DNA from: Hypanus sabinus
Lineage: Eukaryota
Reading direction: 5' to 3'
DNA length: 64,000 nt
Assembly: GCF_030144855.1 (NCBI RefSeq)
Contig: NW_026781490.1
Span: forward strand, 124,001-188,000
Made by a program: the position numbers and the translations under genes
The notes under the pieces: model-generated
The model's database searches: none
What the model was told of the DNA's origin: nothing
The model's input: only the letters and a program-made list of their open reading frames with translations
Shown here: positions 62,106 to 64,000 of the stretch, piece after piece
Numbering within the stretch: the stretch's first letter is position 1
How the letters are laid out: each line of letters opens with the position of its first letter

Positions 62106-63738
62106 CAATGACATGCAAAAGTTTGGGCACCACTGGTCAACATTTCTGTCCCTGTGAACAGCTAAGCGAGTGAAACAATGACCTGATTTCCAAAAGGCAC
62201 AATGTTAAAGATGACACTGTTTAATATTTTAAGCAAGATTACTCTTTTATATCCATCTTTTACAGTTTCAAAATAACAAAAAAGGGAAAGCGCACAAAGT
62301 AAAAGTTTGAGCACCCTGCATGGTCAATAGTTAATAACAACCCCTTTGGCAAGTATCACAGCTTCTATTTGCCTTCTGTAGCCAGCTAAAGGTTTTCCAA
62401 TTCTTGTTTGGGGATTTTTGCCCATTCTTCCTTGCAAAAGGCTTCTAGTTCTGTGAGTTTCTTGGGCCGTCTTGCATGCACTGCTCTTTTGAGGTGTATC
62501 CACAGATTTTCGATGATGTTTAGGTCAGGGGCCTATAAGGGCCATGGCACAGCCTTCAGCTTGCGCTTCCTGAGGGAGTCCATTGTGGATTTTGAGGTCT
62601 GTTTACGATCATTATCCTGTTGTAGAAGCCATCCTCTTTTCATCTTCAGCTTTTTTACAGATGGTGTGATGTTTGCTTCCAGAACTTGCTGGTATTGAAT
62701 TTAATTCATTTTTCCCTCTACCAGTGAAATGTTCCCCGTGCCACTGGCTGCAACACAAGCCCAAAACATGATCGACCCATCCCCATGGTTAACAGTTGGA
62801 GAGGTGTTCTTTTCATGAAATTCTGAACCACTTTTTCTCCAAACATACCTTTGCTCATTGCGGCCAAGAAGTTCTTTTTTTAACTTCATCAGTCCACAGG
62901 ACTGGTTTCCAAGATGCATAAGGCTTGTATAGATGTTCCTTTGCAAACTTCTGATGCTGAGTTTTGTGGTGATGCTGTTTTGTGGTGAGGACACAGGAAA
63001 GGTTTTCTTCTGATGACTCTTCTATAAAGGTCATATTTGTGCAGGTGTCACTGCACAATAGAACAGTGCACCACCACTCCAGAGTCTGCTAAATATTCCT
63101 GAAGGTCTTTTGCAGTCAAACGGGGGTTTTGATTTCCCTTTCTAGCAATCCTACGAGCAGTTCTCTCGGAAGGATTTCTTGGTCTTCTAGACCTCAATTT
63201 GACCTCCACCATTCCTGTTAACTGCCATTTCTTAATTACAGTACGAATTGAGGAAATGGCTAACTGAAAACGCTTTGCTGTCTTCTTATAGCCTTTTCCT
63301 GCTTTGTGGGCATCATGTATTTTAATTTTCAGAGAGTTAGGCAGGGGCTTAGAGGAGCCCATGGCTGCTGATCGTTGAGACAAGGTTTGTGAAGTCAGGG
63401 TATTTATAAAGCTTTGAAAGTTGCAACACCTGGCTTTTCCTAATGAAGTTTGTGAACAAGCCATAGCCCTAACAAGGTAATTAAAAAGATAATTGGTAAA
63501 AGTTGTCTGACAGCTCAAATCTCTTGGGGTTCCCATACTTTTGCATGGTGCTCCTTTCTTTTTTTCTCACTCTAAAATTGTAAAAACAAAAATAATATAC
63601 TAATCTTGCTTAAAATGTTGAAAAGAATGGTTCATCTTTAACATTATGACTTTTGGAGATCAGTTCATCTTCCACTCTGTTAACTATTCAGAATAACAGA
63701 AATTCTGAACGGGGTTCCCAAACTTTTGCGTGCCAATG
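62106..63738 (-). mobile_element. Full-length decayed Tc1 (DD34E) transposon with long IR/DR-type termini
   Basis: TA TSDs at 62104-05 and 63739-40; termini CAATGACATGCAAAAGTTTGGG and CCCAAACTTTTGCGTGCCAATG; transposase ATG at 63362, WTDE, QQDND, PDLNIIENLW; frameshifts and stops. Confidence 0.93.
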
Positions 63739-64000
63739 TATATATGGTGTGCAAAAGCACTGGTGAGAAAATCCTTCAGTACTGCTACAGGCCTGTTACA
63801 TGGGTTGTGTGAGAGTGAAGATGAAGTCGGTGAAACCCAGAGGAGATCAATGTGCTTATTGACAGTGATTTGCTAGCTGTAGAAATGAATACCTCTCTAT
63901 ATAAAATTCAGTGTGTACATATTGTTGTCACTGGGCACAAATTTGCACAGCACAAGGTTTTTGTGCACACTGGTGACTACAAATTGGAGGGAACTTTGGT

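Overview
This is eukaryotic vertebrate DNA, probably from a cartilaginous fish such as a ray. That is inferred from the repeat mix (CR1, Rex1/Babar, Penelope, R4/Dong, Tc1) and the finger style; it is not proven. The window is part of a tandem C2H2 zinc-finger (ZNF) cluster built from segmental duplications. Three finger-only ORFs have no visible KRAB, SCAN or BTB domain: ZNF-A (- strand, 4509-5360, 9 fingers plus a truncated 10th), ZNF-B (- strand, 28849-30411, 18 fingers) and ZNF-C (+ strand, 49581-50636, 12 finger repeats). Two paralogous relics (about 40.4-41.4 kb and 58.9-59.8 kb) have lost almost all of the array. Duplicated NRF1/E-box/CRE promoters and conserved splice sites allow gene models to be inferred by comparing paralogs. 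The rest is transposon-derived: a young CR1 with an open ORF2, many decayed LINEs, Penelope termini with minimal hammerhead ribozyme motifs, two different ERV remnants, Gypsy-type solo LTRs with 4-bp TSDs, a SCAN/capsid-bearing Gmr1-like Gypsy inserted just 3' of ZNF-C, and a full-length decayed Tc1. The main leads are a chimeric ERV at an apparent promoter-swap junction, the SCAN-Gypsy/ZNF juxtaposition, the finger-less relics and the hammerheads. All alignments were done by eye, so coordinates of decayed repeats are approximate.
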